From contig NW_026262581.1 in the NCBI RefSeq assembly GCF_021869535.1, forward strand, positions 125,550,001 to 125,614,000: DNA of 64,000 nt, read 5' to 3'. Under the pieces are notes generated by a model. The model ran no database searches. It saw only the letters and a program-made list of their open reading frames with translations, and was not told where the DNA came from. This DNA comes from Mytilus californianus (taxonomy: Eukaryota). Shown one piece after another: positions 25,476-37,898 of the stretch. Positions within the stretch are counted from its first letter, which is position 1. The number at the start of each line of letters is the position of its first letter. A program made the position numbers and the translations under genes.

Positions 25476-26457
25476 TATTTTGTCATCAAAAGACATAAAC
25501 TCACTAATAAAATGTTTTGCTTCATCAAATATTTTTTTCTTAAATCGTCATATAATGGACACGATAAAATAACATGGGCTACGTCTTTTAAAATATCTTG
25601 ACAATTATCACAGACTCGCTCCTCTTAAAGAATTTTTTTCAAATCTCCCCGTTTCAATTCATAAAGGTGCCACTCCACATCATACTTTGGCAAACGAACC
25701 TCTTTGTGTAAATGGCATTGGAATTGTACAATATGTTTCAGTTTCAAAACTGTTCTTAAATAAATCACATGTTCTAAGTTTGTTGCCACCTTTACCAGAT
25801 AAAGCTTTCTCTAACTGTAAATTGTATAGCCACTGATCAACATATTTATTTAACATTTTAGACATAATAATATTAACAACTGAGGTACTATCAATATATT
25901 CTGTTATGTTACACAAATATTCTACATTGTACCCAGAAAATGTTTTCCTTACATAAAAATTCCAATTTTTAATACATTTGTGTTTTTTACTCATAATGTC
26001 TGCCCATATGAAAACCTTTCTGCTTAACCAATTATAACTCATATTGTTTAAATGGCACTATAGTAAAATTAAACATTGTCATTGTTTTTGAAAGATAGGT
26101 ATCCACCCCATATCCCCTGCAACTGCAGCATTTGGAGTATGTTTACCAACTTCAAAAAAAAATCTGCAAGCTCTATTATGTATGAACAGTTTTTGCAACC
26201 CCACATACCAGCACCATATTCAACAATTGGGAGCACCAAACTTTCATATGGTTTTGAAAAGACATTATGAGTAACCCCAACTAAGATTTTGCACTTAGCT
26301 ATAACAAGACCAAGTGCTCTATTTGCAAATGCTGCAACAGCTTTAGCAGTTATATTATAATTTAAAAATTCACTTAAATCTAGACATAAATAGGTATAAG
26401 TAGTAGAGTATTCAAGGATACTATTTCCACATTTAAATACAACATGTGACTTATTAA

Positions 26458-27433
26458 AGGGGCATTAGCTACGAGATATAGAAAACAAGAATGTGTCCAT
26501 AGTACACGGATGTCCCACTCGCACTATCATTTTCTATGTTCAGTGGACCGTGAAATTGGGATCAAAAAACTAATTTGGCATTAAAATTAGAAAGATCATA
26601 TCATAGGGAACATGTGTACAAAGTTTTAAGTTGATTGGACTTCAACTTCATCAAAAACTACCTTGACCAACCAAAAACTTTAACCTGAAGCGGGTCAGAC
26701 GGACGGACGAACGGACGCGCAGACCGAAAAACATAATGCCCCTCTACTATCGTAGGTGGGGCATAAAAATAGAATATGATTTCTTTTTGGTCAATCATAA
26801 ATGAAAGTGAAATGGTGATATAATAATTCACTTTTAGCAGCCAGTTTGGTTCAGTTTTGTCAAAATAAGCAAAGAAACATCGCTAATGAATTATATTCAC
26901 TTGCAAGTGAATAATTCGACCTCATTTAATCCGTACTCATGTGAACTTCAATTGAACCCCTTAGCTAGAGATTGGTTACGCATGAACTAGGCGTGTTCAG
27001 CTTTTAAAAAGAAAAGAATGTCAACATTGGAAGTGAAATAAGGGTAAACCAATTGGTTGACTAATTCGATCTACAAAAACCCATTCTTATACAGGTAAAA
27101 ACGATTATTAGCATATTTTTTAAACCTATAATATGAAATCAAACAGACCTAGAAAAATCTAATTGCACGAGTTCGCTATCTATTTATATCTATTTTTATG
27201 TTTATATCGGGAGATATGACCATCGGCAGTCTTCGGAGGTCACCTCGATGGTTAATTAGATGGCATCTAGACTAAAATACACACGAAAATCTGATGCATA
27301 TGATCGAGTCCTTGCATCGTAAATTGTTTATTTTAGACTTTTTATTATTTGGATATACGTTTTAGTATGTTATAAATCAAATATGAGAGTTTGAATCAAA
27401 TCGGTGAACATGAATTTGACAGCTAATGCCCCT
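26458..27433. mobile_element. Kolobok-like MITE inserted in the LINE
   Basis: Perfect 13-bp TIR AGGGGCATTAGCT with TTAA TSDs at 26454-26457 and 27434-27437. Confidence 0.9.
26484..26769 (-). mobile_element. Short HINE inserted in the Kolobok-like MITE
   Basis: AACAAGAATGTGTCC...(GGAC)n...GCCCCTCTACTATCGTAGGTGGGGCATAAAAA, inserted in an A/T run. Confidence 0.8.
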
Positions 27434-27833
27434 TTAACAGAAGGTGTTCTAAAATGCACAATATTACAATTTTTGGAATTAATAGTCATACAATTATCTC
27501 CAAACCATGTATATAATGCGTTTAACAGAGTTTGTAATTCTTTTTCAACATTTGCTAGAATAACCACATCACCAGCATAAAGTAAAATACAAACCTTTTC
27601 ATCATTGATATCGATACCTTATTCATTTGATTTCAAGAACGAAACTAGGTCATTTAGATAAAGATTAATTAGCATTGGTGATAATTGACATCCTTGTTTA
27701 TGGCCATTGTTGACATTGAACCATTCTGATAAATGGCCATTTAATCGTACTGAATTACAATTAATAAATAGACTATAGCAGCACAAAAATTTTCTGCAAC
27801 ACCTTGTCCATTTAGCTTTGACCAAAGTATATT

Positions 27834-27965
27834 GCCGACCATACGGTATGTGTTTTTCTCATTGTTGAAGGCCGTACGGTTGCCTATAATTACTTACATC
27901 CACTTCATTTGAACTTTGGTGGATAGTTGTCTCATTGGCAATCATACCACATCTCCTTACTTTTA
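27834..27965 (+). mobile_element. 5'-truncated family A retroposon with 6-bp TSD
   Basis: TSD TATATT at 27828-27833 and 27966-27971. Removing the insert restores the LINE peptide INGNI-LWSKL. Confidence 0.85.
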
Positions 27966-29475
27966 TATATTTCCATTGATGGTATCATAGGCCTTTTTAA
28001 ACTCCATAAAGCACAAAAAGTAGATTTACGAAGCTTTTTCTGACATAAATTATGGTTTTAAAGAGAAGATAAATGATCTATAGTGCTTCGATTTTAATGG
28101 AAACCATTCTACTCGTCGGCTTATATGTTGTTGTCATCTACCCATTGCGTTAGCATTTATTAACACTTGAAAGAAAAAGAATCGTATTTAAAAAAAATTG
28201 TCTAAGTCGTAGCTGATGCCCCTTTAATGATTTGAGGATATTTTTTAAAATATAATCAACAACACAAATATCGCACCACTTCTTCCCATTTAAAGTAGTT
28301 TCATAATTTCTAATTTTCTGATGATTTGTAAAGTTCTAGTATGCTTTTTAAAAGTATAAACTTCAAAAATTTATCCACGAAATTACAGAAGTTTTTGTTT
28401 AAGACGTGACAAAGTTGGCTACATTTTTCGTTTTTTTGGTTGAAAATGTGTTTTTCGAGAAGTAAAAACTGAAATTTTTTTCACAGAATTTAATGCTTAT
28501 GACTCCAGAAATAGTATTTCAAGTTTTTTAATCATTTCAATCACATTTTTAAAGGTTATAGCGTTAGTTTGTATTCCAAAAAAATGAATAGAGTTGGTAC
28601 ATTTCTTTTGTAGTTGAATACATATATATTCTCTGCCCATCAACAAAAAAAAAAAACAGACCTGCTTGCTTCTTAGCATTAACATGTATCACTGAATGTT
28701 AGGCAAACATCAATCAATTAATCAATCTTATCATTTATCATATTGCGCATTTGTTATTGTGTGTTTTGTTTATTTTGTCACAATTTATTGGTTATTTATT
28801 TGACAATAAAGTTTTGAATGAAATATCTAAATTCTTCAATGAGGACGAAGTCTGAATATATCTATTTAACTGTAAAATGAACAAAAAGTTGTTTGGTTAA
28901 TGGTGGACCATACACTTTTAAAAATCGCCTTTTGAAAGAGTAACAACTGTTATTATGGAACAGATAACGCCATTATAATTGAAAAACATGCTTGATCAGT
29001 ATGTTTCTATATGTGCAACAGCTAATATAGAATTGCTGGTTCGCCAAAAACAAAAATAAAACTAAGATTCTATCCACTGATCAGAACACTTAAGTTTCTA
29101 TCCACTGATCAGAAAACTATGGTTTCAAACCTGATTCAATAAAAAAATTACGTGTATCGGTCAGTCACCTTTCGTTTACAATTTTTAGATGTGAGACTCG
29201 GTTTTTTATTAATTATTTTTGAACAAAATATTTAAGAAATTAAAATCGGTGGTGCTTTACTTTTGTCCGACTGTATATAAAGCAAATTTGAGTTAAATCT
29301 CGTCTGCAAGTAGAAGAAAAATTCCAATAGAAAACGCAGCAATATTCATGTAAAAAAAATTTGAAATGTCTTAATTCTGGCATAAAAGATAAATGTTTGA
29401 TAAAGACTGACAATTACTTTTATTGAATGTATGATTATTCACTTGAAAATTCATTCAATATTACATATGTTACAG

Positions 29476-29671
29476 ACTTACGAGGTATACTGGAAAGTAT
29501 TTACATGAAAGGAATGGAACATCTGATAAAAACTGGAAAATTCCCCTCTGAAAGAGATTTATTTCAAATGTTCAATAATACGGTAGTTATAAACAGCCAA
29601 GCATTCCGTTGTACACCCGCCAAAGACTTATATGAAAACCAAAGGCAGATATTTCGACAGTTTCTTAAAGA
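29476..29671 (+). CDS. Gene A exon
   Basis: Acceptor TGTTACAG, donor GA|GTAAGT. Reads YLRGILESIYMKG...RQFLK, phase 1 to phase 2. Confidence 0.85.
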
Positions 29672-29971
29672 GTAAGTATAAAGTTATAAGCGGTTGACAT
29701 TTTAAGTTTTATTTTATATAAGCTGCATTAATTGGCGATAATGTGATTTGCATTACTTCCCCTGTATCGCCGTCTGATCGGTCTGTATAACTACTTTCCC
29801 TGTATCGCCGTCTGATCGGTCTGTATAACTACACATAATTACCTGTATTAAATTTTAAGGGCCCCGCATCGAGGATTTGGGAGCCCTATACTATTCGCGT
29901 TGTCTGTCTGTCCGTCACCAATTTTTGTGAACGCGCCAGATTATGAAGCCCTTTGCTCATCTTGCATTAAA

Positions 29972-32101
29972 CACTGGTGTTAAACTGATAATCGTAACTG
30001 GAATTACGACGATCCCAATATGGCGACGGCAGAAATAGGTAAAATCTTTTCAGTCATTTTTCTCAAATGTAGCCCGTTGATGTCAAGAGTTACTCAGCTG
30101 CAAGGTTTTTCTATACCATTACATCATATTTGAATCGTAACGGTGCACTATAATTGTCTAAGCGCTTAGAAAATTGCCGTCCAAAAATTCGGGATGATAA
30201 TCGTAACTCACAAAAATGATAATCGTAATTTCGGTATTAATAAATAAGAAGATAATCGTAACTGGATAGTGTTTGATTGGTATTGACACGAAAAACGTCT
30301 ATCTAATAGCATATGATGAAAATAAGGTGATGAATTAATCAAGAAAACGTTCCCACATCTTATGACATTTCTTTTTGTGCATATATGATTAACAGTTCTA
30401 ATGTAAACAGCTACATACTAGTATATATCATATTATGCACCAATACACATATATATAATATATTTGTGTTTTTTTTCAGTCCTTCAAATGCGTCGCAAGA
30501 CTATACGCGCCATTTAGTTAAGGCTAATAAAAACAATAAACACAAGTAACAATAAACACAAGTAACAATAAACACATGGAACAATAAACACAAGGAACAA
30601 TAAACATAAGGAACAATAAACACAAGTAACAATAAACACAAGGAACAATATACACAAGTAACAATAAACACAAGTAACAATAAACACAAGTAATAATAAA
30701 CAATAGTAACAATAAACTGGTAACTACTCTAGATCCTTTACCATCCACCCTGTTTAAAGAAACGTCCTAAAATACATGGGTATTTAATCATAATATTTGA
30801 ATTTAATTTTTAAAATCATATAAAATATCAGTGTAAAACAGAATAAAAGTGAATTCACTTGAAAAATATGAACGGCTATTATAACTGGGATAATTTCACT
30901 CCAAAATTAAACTATATGTTTTTCTATTGAAATGTAAGGAAAAGGGCAAAATGAAAACTCATATCCACCAATCAAAGTATCAACTGTTAAGTCCAATAAT
31001 GCAGTTAAGTAACTGATGGAAAATTTTGTTCATTTCTCGCAGAAATTTAGTATAAACGTTCAGTTTATAGCACCCCCCCCCCCCCCCATTTCCCTTTTAC
31101 ATAATTTGTGGACCCATCCCCGAATATAAACAACAGGGAACTCAAAACTGACAGCGATCTTATGATAAATGAGTTCTGTATAAGGCACGGGGGAAGGGGT
31201 GGTGTCACTTCTGGCGTGCTGCTGAAATTAAAAAAAAATATTAGAAGACCAAAAATCTGATCCATGTTATAACTTATATATTTATATAGGAAGTAACCCA
31301 CAGCCACCCCCGTGGTATAGGGAATATTGAGATAGGGGAGGTTAACTTGCCCTTTTTATTGATTTAAAAGTCGATTGGATATACGCAATATTTGAGGCAA
31401 AACATATATATGGCATATTGGAATGTGGTTTACGGGACTTTCATTTGATTGCACTTTTGGGATATGGGATAATGCTATTACCCTCCCCCCCCCCTCTTCC
31501 ATACTTCCAAAAAAAACCTAAACGCGAAAACAACATTGAAACTTTGAAAGAATTTAAATTATCTATTTACCACAATAACTGACTCGACAGCTGCTTCATT
31601 TTCCATATCTTTAACAGGTACATGTATATATTAAAAGGTTATGCATATTGTTGTCAGTTATACATGTAAGTAAATTTGTCCTAAATATTAACCTGTAAGT
31701 TGCTTCATTATTTTTTATTTTGCGCGTTAATGTCATCGTTTAACTGGACATTGCCGTTTTTACACACAAAATACCAATGACAAGCTGGAAGACACATTTA
31801 CTATTTTTCAGTTACTATTATCCCATAAAGAAATTACGATTATCAAACAAGAAAAATGCCATTGAATTACGATTATCATCCCGAATTTTTGGACGGCAAT
31901 TTTCTAAGCGCTTAGACAATTATAGTGCACCGTTACGATTCAAATATGATGTAATGGTATAGAAAAACCTTGCAGCTGAGTAACTCTTGACAACAACGGG
32001 CTACATTTGAGAAAAATGACTGAAAAGATTTTACCTATTTCTGCCGTCGCCATATTGGGATCGTCGTAATTCCAGTTACGATTATCAGTTTAACACCAGT
32101 G
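29972..32101. mobile_element. Non-autonomous DNA transposon with 235-bp TIRs, CAC..GTG termini and apparent 6-bp TSD
   Basis: 29972-30206 is the reverse complement of 31867-32101 with one mismatch seen. ATTAAA lies at 29966-29971 and 32102-32107. Confidence 0.9.
30532..30717. repeat. 16-bp minisatellite (AACAATAAACACAAGK), about 12 copies
   Basis: Read directly from the sequence; lies inside the TIR element. Confidence 0.9.
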
Positions 32102-32401
32102 ATTAAATGAAGTTTAATGGATTTTCAAGAAGAGTGTTCTTCATTTTAATGCAGTTTAAGCTACAAAAACACCATGCATGACCTTTATAAAGATCTTACA
32201 GGAACATTGCAGATAAAACAGATTTGGTTTGAAAGTTTGACTGTTCATGTAGAAACCTTGTAACAAACGAGATTTTATCGGTGGCGTTGTTTCGAGTGCC
32301 AGTAAACTTCGACACAATCCATGTTAATTTAATGAAGTTATTAATTAACACTGTAGTATGATCTTTGAAAGTTGTCTTCATCGGTACTAACATTCATTCA
32401 G

Positions 32402-33986
32402 TTTTTGTCGAGCCTGCGACTTCTGTTGCAGAAAGCCAGACATAGTGAGTGATCCGGCGGCGGCGGCGTTAACTTACTAATTAAAAGTTATATATTTTAG
32501 AAGGTGGAAGACCTAGATGCTTCATACTATGTATATAGATGCCTTATGTAATGAAGTTTTCATCTGTCCTTGACCTCATTTTCATGGTTCAGCGACTACT
32601 TGAAAAAAAATTCGATTTTTTGTAATGTTAATTTCTCTCTTATTATGAGTAATATGATACCTATATTTAGTATATGCGTACCTTGCAAGGTCCACATGCC
32701 TGTCAGACAGTTTTCATCTGACCTCGACCTCATTTCATGGATCAGTGAACAAGGCTAAGTTTTCGTGGTCAAGTCCATATATCAGATACTATAAGCAATA
32801 GGTCTACTATATTTGGTGTATGGAATGATTATAAGGTGTACATGTCCAACTGACAGGTGTCATCTGACCTTGACCTCATTTTCATGGTTCAGTGGTTAAA
32901 GTTAGGTTTTTGTGTTTTAGTCTTTTTTATAATACTATATGCAATAGGTCAACTATATTTGGTGTATGGAATTATTTTACGATGTACATGTCAGTCTCGC
33001 AGGTTTTATTTGACCTTGACCTCATTTTCATAGTTCATTGCTCAGTGTTATGTTTTTCTTAAACTATAAGCAACAGGTCTACTTTATTTGGTGTATAGAA
33101 TGATTATAAGGTGTACATGTCCAATTAGCAGGTGTCATCAGACCTTGACCTCATTTTCATGGTTCAGTGGTTAATGTTAAGTTTTTGTGTCTTGGTCTTT
33201 TTTTTAAAATGCTGTATGCAATAGGTCAACTTTATTTGGTGTATGGAAATACTTTACGATGTACATGTCAGTCAGGCAGGTTTTGTTTGACCTTGACCTC
33301 ATTTTCACGGTTCATTGCTCAGTGTTAAGTTTTTGTGTTTTGTTCTGTTTTTCTTAAACTATAAGCAATAAGTCAACTATATTTGGTGTATGGAATGATT
33401 GTAAAGAGTATATGTCTGTCTGGCAGGTCACCTTGACCTCATTCTCATGGTTCATTGAACAATGTTAAATTTGCATGATTAAGTTTGTTTCTTAGATACT
33501 ATTAGCAATAGGTCAACTATATTTGGTGTATGAAATGATTGTAAGGTGTATATATTTGTCTGGCAGGTATGATCCGACCTTGACCTTATTTTCATGGTTC
33601 ATTGGTCAATTTTAAGTTTTCATGGTTAAGTTTATAAGCAATAGGTCAACTATATTTAATGCATAGATTGATTGTAAGGTGTACATGTCTTTCTGGCATG
33701 ATTTATCTGACCTTGACCTCATTTTCATGGTTCATTGGTCAGTGTAAAGTTTTCCTGGTTAAGTTTGTTTCTTAAAAACTATAAACAATAGGTCAACTAC
33801 ATTTGGTGTATGGAAGGATTGTAAGGTGTACATGTATTTCTGTATCTGACCTTGACCTCATTTTCTTGGATCATGTTAAGTTTATGTGATACTTGAAGTT
33901 GTAGTAAAGTTTTATATTTAGGACTATCAACATAAAATCAATGATCAGTAAAGCAGGCGAGACATTTCAGCGTGTGCTGTCTTGTT
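32402..33986 (+). mobile_element. HINE with GACCTTGACCTCATTTTCATGG tandem units
   Basis: 5' TTTTTGTCGAGCC...(GGC)n and 3' AGGCGAGACATTTCAGCGTGTGCTGTCTTGTT. Same family as 43292-44511. Confidence 0.85.
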
Positions 33987-35141
33987 GATAAATTAAAACA
34001 TAACGAAATATGTATGGCTATGCGTTTATGAAAATTTTTGATCCTACATCTTGTCCATACGTATGTTGGCAATGCATAATGTTATGCTTTTCTCAGGCAT
34101 TTTTTGACGTCTTTACACACAATATATTGGATGTTTAGTGTTTAATTTTGAAGTCCAGGGAAAGCATGATTTCTTTATAACCAGTTTGAATTGGTTTTCA
34201 ACTAGTTAGTTACAGTACATTTACAGTAAGTTTATTCAAAACTTTCAAATTTATTACTATAAGATCCATACCTTGTATCTTGTATTTGTGTCTTTTTATA
34301 AGGATTTTTATCTGTGCTTGAGTGCTCACAAACATGTTTTACATTGCCTCATTGTTTATTCGACTGTCATAAGTCCGGAGCATGCAATTCAGTGGTTGGT
34401 TTCTCTCTGAACTATTTGTTTCTTGTTTATTTGTTTTTTTGCTTATATCAGGCTGTTGGTTTTCTGTTTTGAATTGTTTCACATTATGTCATGCAGGGTC
34501 CTTTTATAGCTGACTAAGCGGTATGGGGTTTGGGTTTGTTAATTGTTGGAGGCCTTACGATAACCGTTTCTGGTGGAAAGTTGATATTGTCAATCATACT
34601 ATATCTCCATATGTTTATGCATGTCAATAATTTGCATAGATTTCAGATGAACCCGTTTTCATAATAGAAACAAAATAAGGTTTATTATATTATAAACCTG
34701 TACAAAATATAGGTATACAAAACTCCTTAATATATTAGTACATATAAAAATAAGGAGATGTGATATGATTGCCAATGAGACAACTATCCACCAAAGTTCA
34801 AATGAAGTGGATGTAAGCAATTATTGGCAACCGTATGGCCTTCAACAATGAGAGAATACCATATCGGATAGTCGGCTATAAAAAGCCCCGACATGAAAAA
34901 TATGAAACCATGACGGTGGTGTTACAGCACAACATAAGAACAAACTCTAAAAATCAGTGGCAATTGGCTTAACTCAAAAGATCGATACGAGAAAAAAACA
35001 ACAGACACAAAGCATCGAAATAAGAACAGTTACTGAAAGTTAGTTCAATTTAAAAATTCAGCTTTAATATGAAATATTTTATTCAAATTAAAAATAGTTT
35101 CACCTATGGTTATCAAATACATGTAAATTGTCTCTTTACAG

Positions 35142-35374
35142 ATATGATAACAAAATGTTTACTTATGAACTTTCAAAAGAATTTATTAGCATCTTGCAAG
35201 AGTTGTTTCGAAATCATTATCCTTCACAAATACTGAACACGAATGTGGAATACCAAATGACATTAGAATTTGATCAGTATATAGAGGGCATTATAGACGG
35301 TATCAGAGAGTATCTCAATGTCATTGGAAATGGAAGCACAAGTGCACGTGCTATGCTGTTTAAAGACATGCTTG
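35142..35374 (+). CDS. Gene A exon
   Basis: Acceptor TCTCTTTACAG, donor G|GTAATT. Reads EYDNKMFTYEL...FKDML, phase 2 to phase 1. Confidence 0.85.
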
Positions 35375-36024
35375 GTAATTGATGATAAAAATTAACATAT
35401 ATGTAGGAAGGATAGCTCTGTGTTCGGTTATATAATATGAAAATGGTCGTGTTTGACAGAAATTAATACAGCTTTTCAGAGCGGCCTTTTCAGAGACGGT
35501 ACAACCAAGCGAATTTAAAATACATATGGACTTACTGTTAAGGCAATTGTTTGTTTTAAATAAATTTTATTGTATTGGCATTAGCCACGATTTAGACAAA
35601 AAAATATGTTTTTTTGTTTTTGTTTAAAACATTAAAAGCGGAATTGTGAGATAATATTTCGCTATTAGCAGAAAGTTTGGTTTTGTCAAAATAAGCTCAA
35701 AAACATCTGTGATGTATACTTGGCTTGCAAATCAATAATTCAGCCTCATTTCTAAGGGGGCCATTAGCTACTCAATGGCTCAATCTTGCTTTTGTAATAT
35801 CTAATGATTACCGAACTTATTATTTATCTACTTCATTATCAAATACGGCGTAGGGTAATCACCAATCAACCAATCATTCATTATCAAATATTGATTAGTC
35901 TGTTAATTTCTAGAGACCATTCTAGTATTAAAACTTGGACTTTGTACAATCAGTGTTGGAATGTTTTAGGGCTGTATTAAATTGTGCATTATCGAAAATA
36001 GCACTGTCTTCATATACATTGCAG

Positions 36025-36081
36025 ATGAAAACCAGCTGAAAATTGCCATGAAGATTGAAGCTTCTTTAAATGGTTATGCAG
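36025..36081 (+). CDS. Gene A exon
   Basis: Acceptor CATTGCAG, donor CAG|GTAAAG. Reads DENQLKIAMKIEASLNGYA, 57 nt, phase 1 to phase 1. Confidence 0.8.
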
Positions 36082-36238
36082 GTAAAGTTAAACTTAAGCA
36101 TTGCTATATTTTATAAATCATTTCGTATATATAATAAGTTGACAGTTACTTAACCGTTTTATGTATAACTTGTTGCATATCATATTCGTTTAAATAACTA
36201 TATTTTAAAAAAAATTATATTTATAGTGCAATGCATTA

Positions 36239-36682
36239 TTATACCCCCGCTTTAAAAAAGTGGGGGTATACTGTTTTACCTCTGTCTGTCCTTCCGTCAG
36301 TCCGTTAGTCCATCCGTCCGTCCCATGAATATTTTCGTCGCATTTTTCTCAGGAACTACTTGACAAGGATTTCTGAAATTTGGTTTCAGGGTTTATATAA
36401 GTAAGTTACACCGTGTGATGGGTTTTCAGATTCATCACTCAACAACTTCCTGTTTACCGAACACTTGTATTATTTTACAAATGATAGCCAAGTTGAAAAT
36501 TTTCGTCACATTTTTCTCAGGAACTACTAGACAAGGATTTCTGAAATTTGGTTTCAGGGTTTATATAAGTCAGCTATACCGTGTGATGCGTTTTCAGATT
36601 CATCACTCAACAACTTCCTGTTTACCGAAATATTTCGGCGGGGGTATCATCAGTGAGCAGTAGCTCACAGTTTTACTTGTTT
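36239..36682 (+). mobile_element. HINE with two internal repeats
   Basis: 5' TATACCCCCGC...GGGGGTATA hairpin, (GTCC)n-like microsatellite, 3' GGGGGTAT subTIR and GTGAGCAGTAGCTCAC hairpin followed by TTACTTGTT. Confidence 0.85.
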
Positions 36683-36994
36683 AAAGTTTGTTTTAGCGAA
36701 TGTGTCAGTTTGTATTTCAGACGTTGAGTCTTGAATCCACTTTTGGAGAAGCCATCTCTTTCTAAACATGTTACAATTCGTGCAACTTTCAATTATGAAA
36801 GTCCGAAGATGAATCCTTGTCGATAGATTTCATCGGACTTTATTTGCATTAATTTGCCAGAATTTATGAATGGATAAATTGTTTAACATGGTATTGTTGA
36901 AAACATTGAATTTTCTCCGCTTTACTTTTTCAAAATATTCTGACTCAATCTTTCACTAAAACAATACACCAATGTGTCCCATTTAATACTACAG

Positions 36995-37085
36995 GTCTTA
37001 ATACTACATCATGCCCACCAACATCATGTCCACCTAATCCGACAACAAACGAGTGGATAAGTCAAGTGCAAAGTGTTATTGACAG
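36995..37085 (+). CDS. Gene A exon
   Basis: Acceptor TACTACAG, donor CAG|GTATGT. Reads GLNTTSCPPTSCPPNPTTNEWISQVQSVID, phase 1 to phase 2. Confidence 0.85.
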
Positions 37086-37418
37086 GTATGTATTTATCTC
37101 TCTAATTCGAACATCAATTACTTTCTAATTCGAACATCTATTTCTAATTCGATAATCAATTACTTTCTGATTCAAACATCAATTACTATCTAATTCGAAC
37201 ATTTAAAAGTTATGTTACAAGCGAAAGTTTGTTGATGTAAATCAAATTTATTGTCTCGCTGGCATTACACAGAAGATTTTACAGTTCTACTGAAATGATA
37301 TATATTACTTACCTGAATCACTCTCTTATAAAACCATTTTGAATTTTATACACATTTACACAAAAATCATTTTTCACGTGAATTGATAATTTCTTAATTT
37401 GTATAACAACATTTACAG

Positions 37419-37506
37419 ATTAAGAAAGATGCCGAATTCAAACGAGACAGATATAGCAACCTCAATACAGGAACTACAAAACATCATCGACAAAAGCCAG
37501 GATTAG
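37419..37506 (+). CDS. Gene A last coding exon
   Basis: Acceptor CATTTACAG. Reads RLRKMPNSNETDIATSIQELQNIIDKSQD* with TAG at 37504-37506. The eight exons total 1667 nt, plus one upstream base = 556 codons. Confidence 0.85.
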
Positions 37507-37892
37507 AAATATCAGTGCATTTTATGAACACAGTGCTATTACAGTTTCTGCTCGACAAGCAAATTTTCGTACACCTACTAGTATTGTTTTCTGAATACCG
37601 TCTATTTTCTTAGAACTACTTTTGTTTTTGTTTGTTTTCTGAACCCCTATCTTTTTCTTTTGTTTTCCGAACTCCGTCTTATTTCTTTGGTTTTCTGAAC
37701 CACCATCTTTTCCTTTTGTTTTCTGATCCCCCGTCTTTTTTTCTTTTGTCCCCCCCCCCGTCTTTTTGCTTTTGTTTTCTGAACTACTATCTTTTGTTTT
37801 TGTTGTCTGCAGGACCCCCTGTCTAATATCTTACATTGTTTGTGTTCTGATTTTCAAATTTATGTATGTCTTCATACATAATTATGTTGTAT

Positions 37893-37898
37893 AATAAA
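37893..37898 (+). terminator. Candidate polyadenylation signal of gene A
   Basis: AATAAA about 390 nt after the stop codon. Confidence 0.45.

Larger units (their letters stand above)
25682..28070 (-). mobile_element. Decayed CR1/L2-type LINE reverse transcriptase region, interrupted by three insertions
   Basis: Motifs STFCAFMEFKKAYDTI, GHKQGCQLSPMLINLYLNDL, LLYAGDVVILA and VEYGAGMWG. The frame is continuous across the insertion sites once the inserts are removed. Confidence 0.8.

Noticed and set aside
29755-29830. 38-bp exact-like tandem duplication (and a 29-bp one near 29065-29120)
   Set aside because: Ordinary local slippage duplications in intron sequence with no further structure.
30501-30748. 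Cys/Leu-rich repeat ORFs
   Set aside because: Artefact of a 16-bp repeat (period not a multiple of 3) inside a non-autonomous transposon; variants are not phase-restricted.
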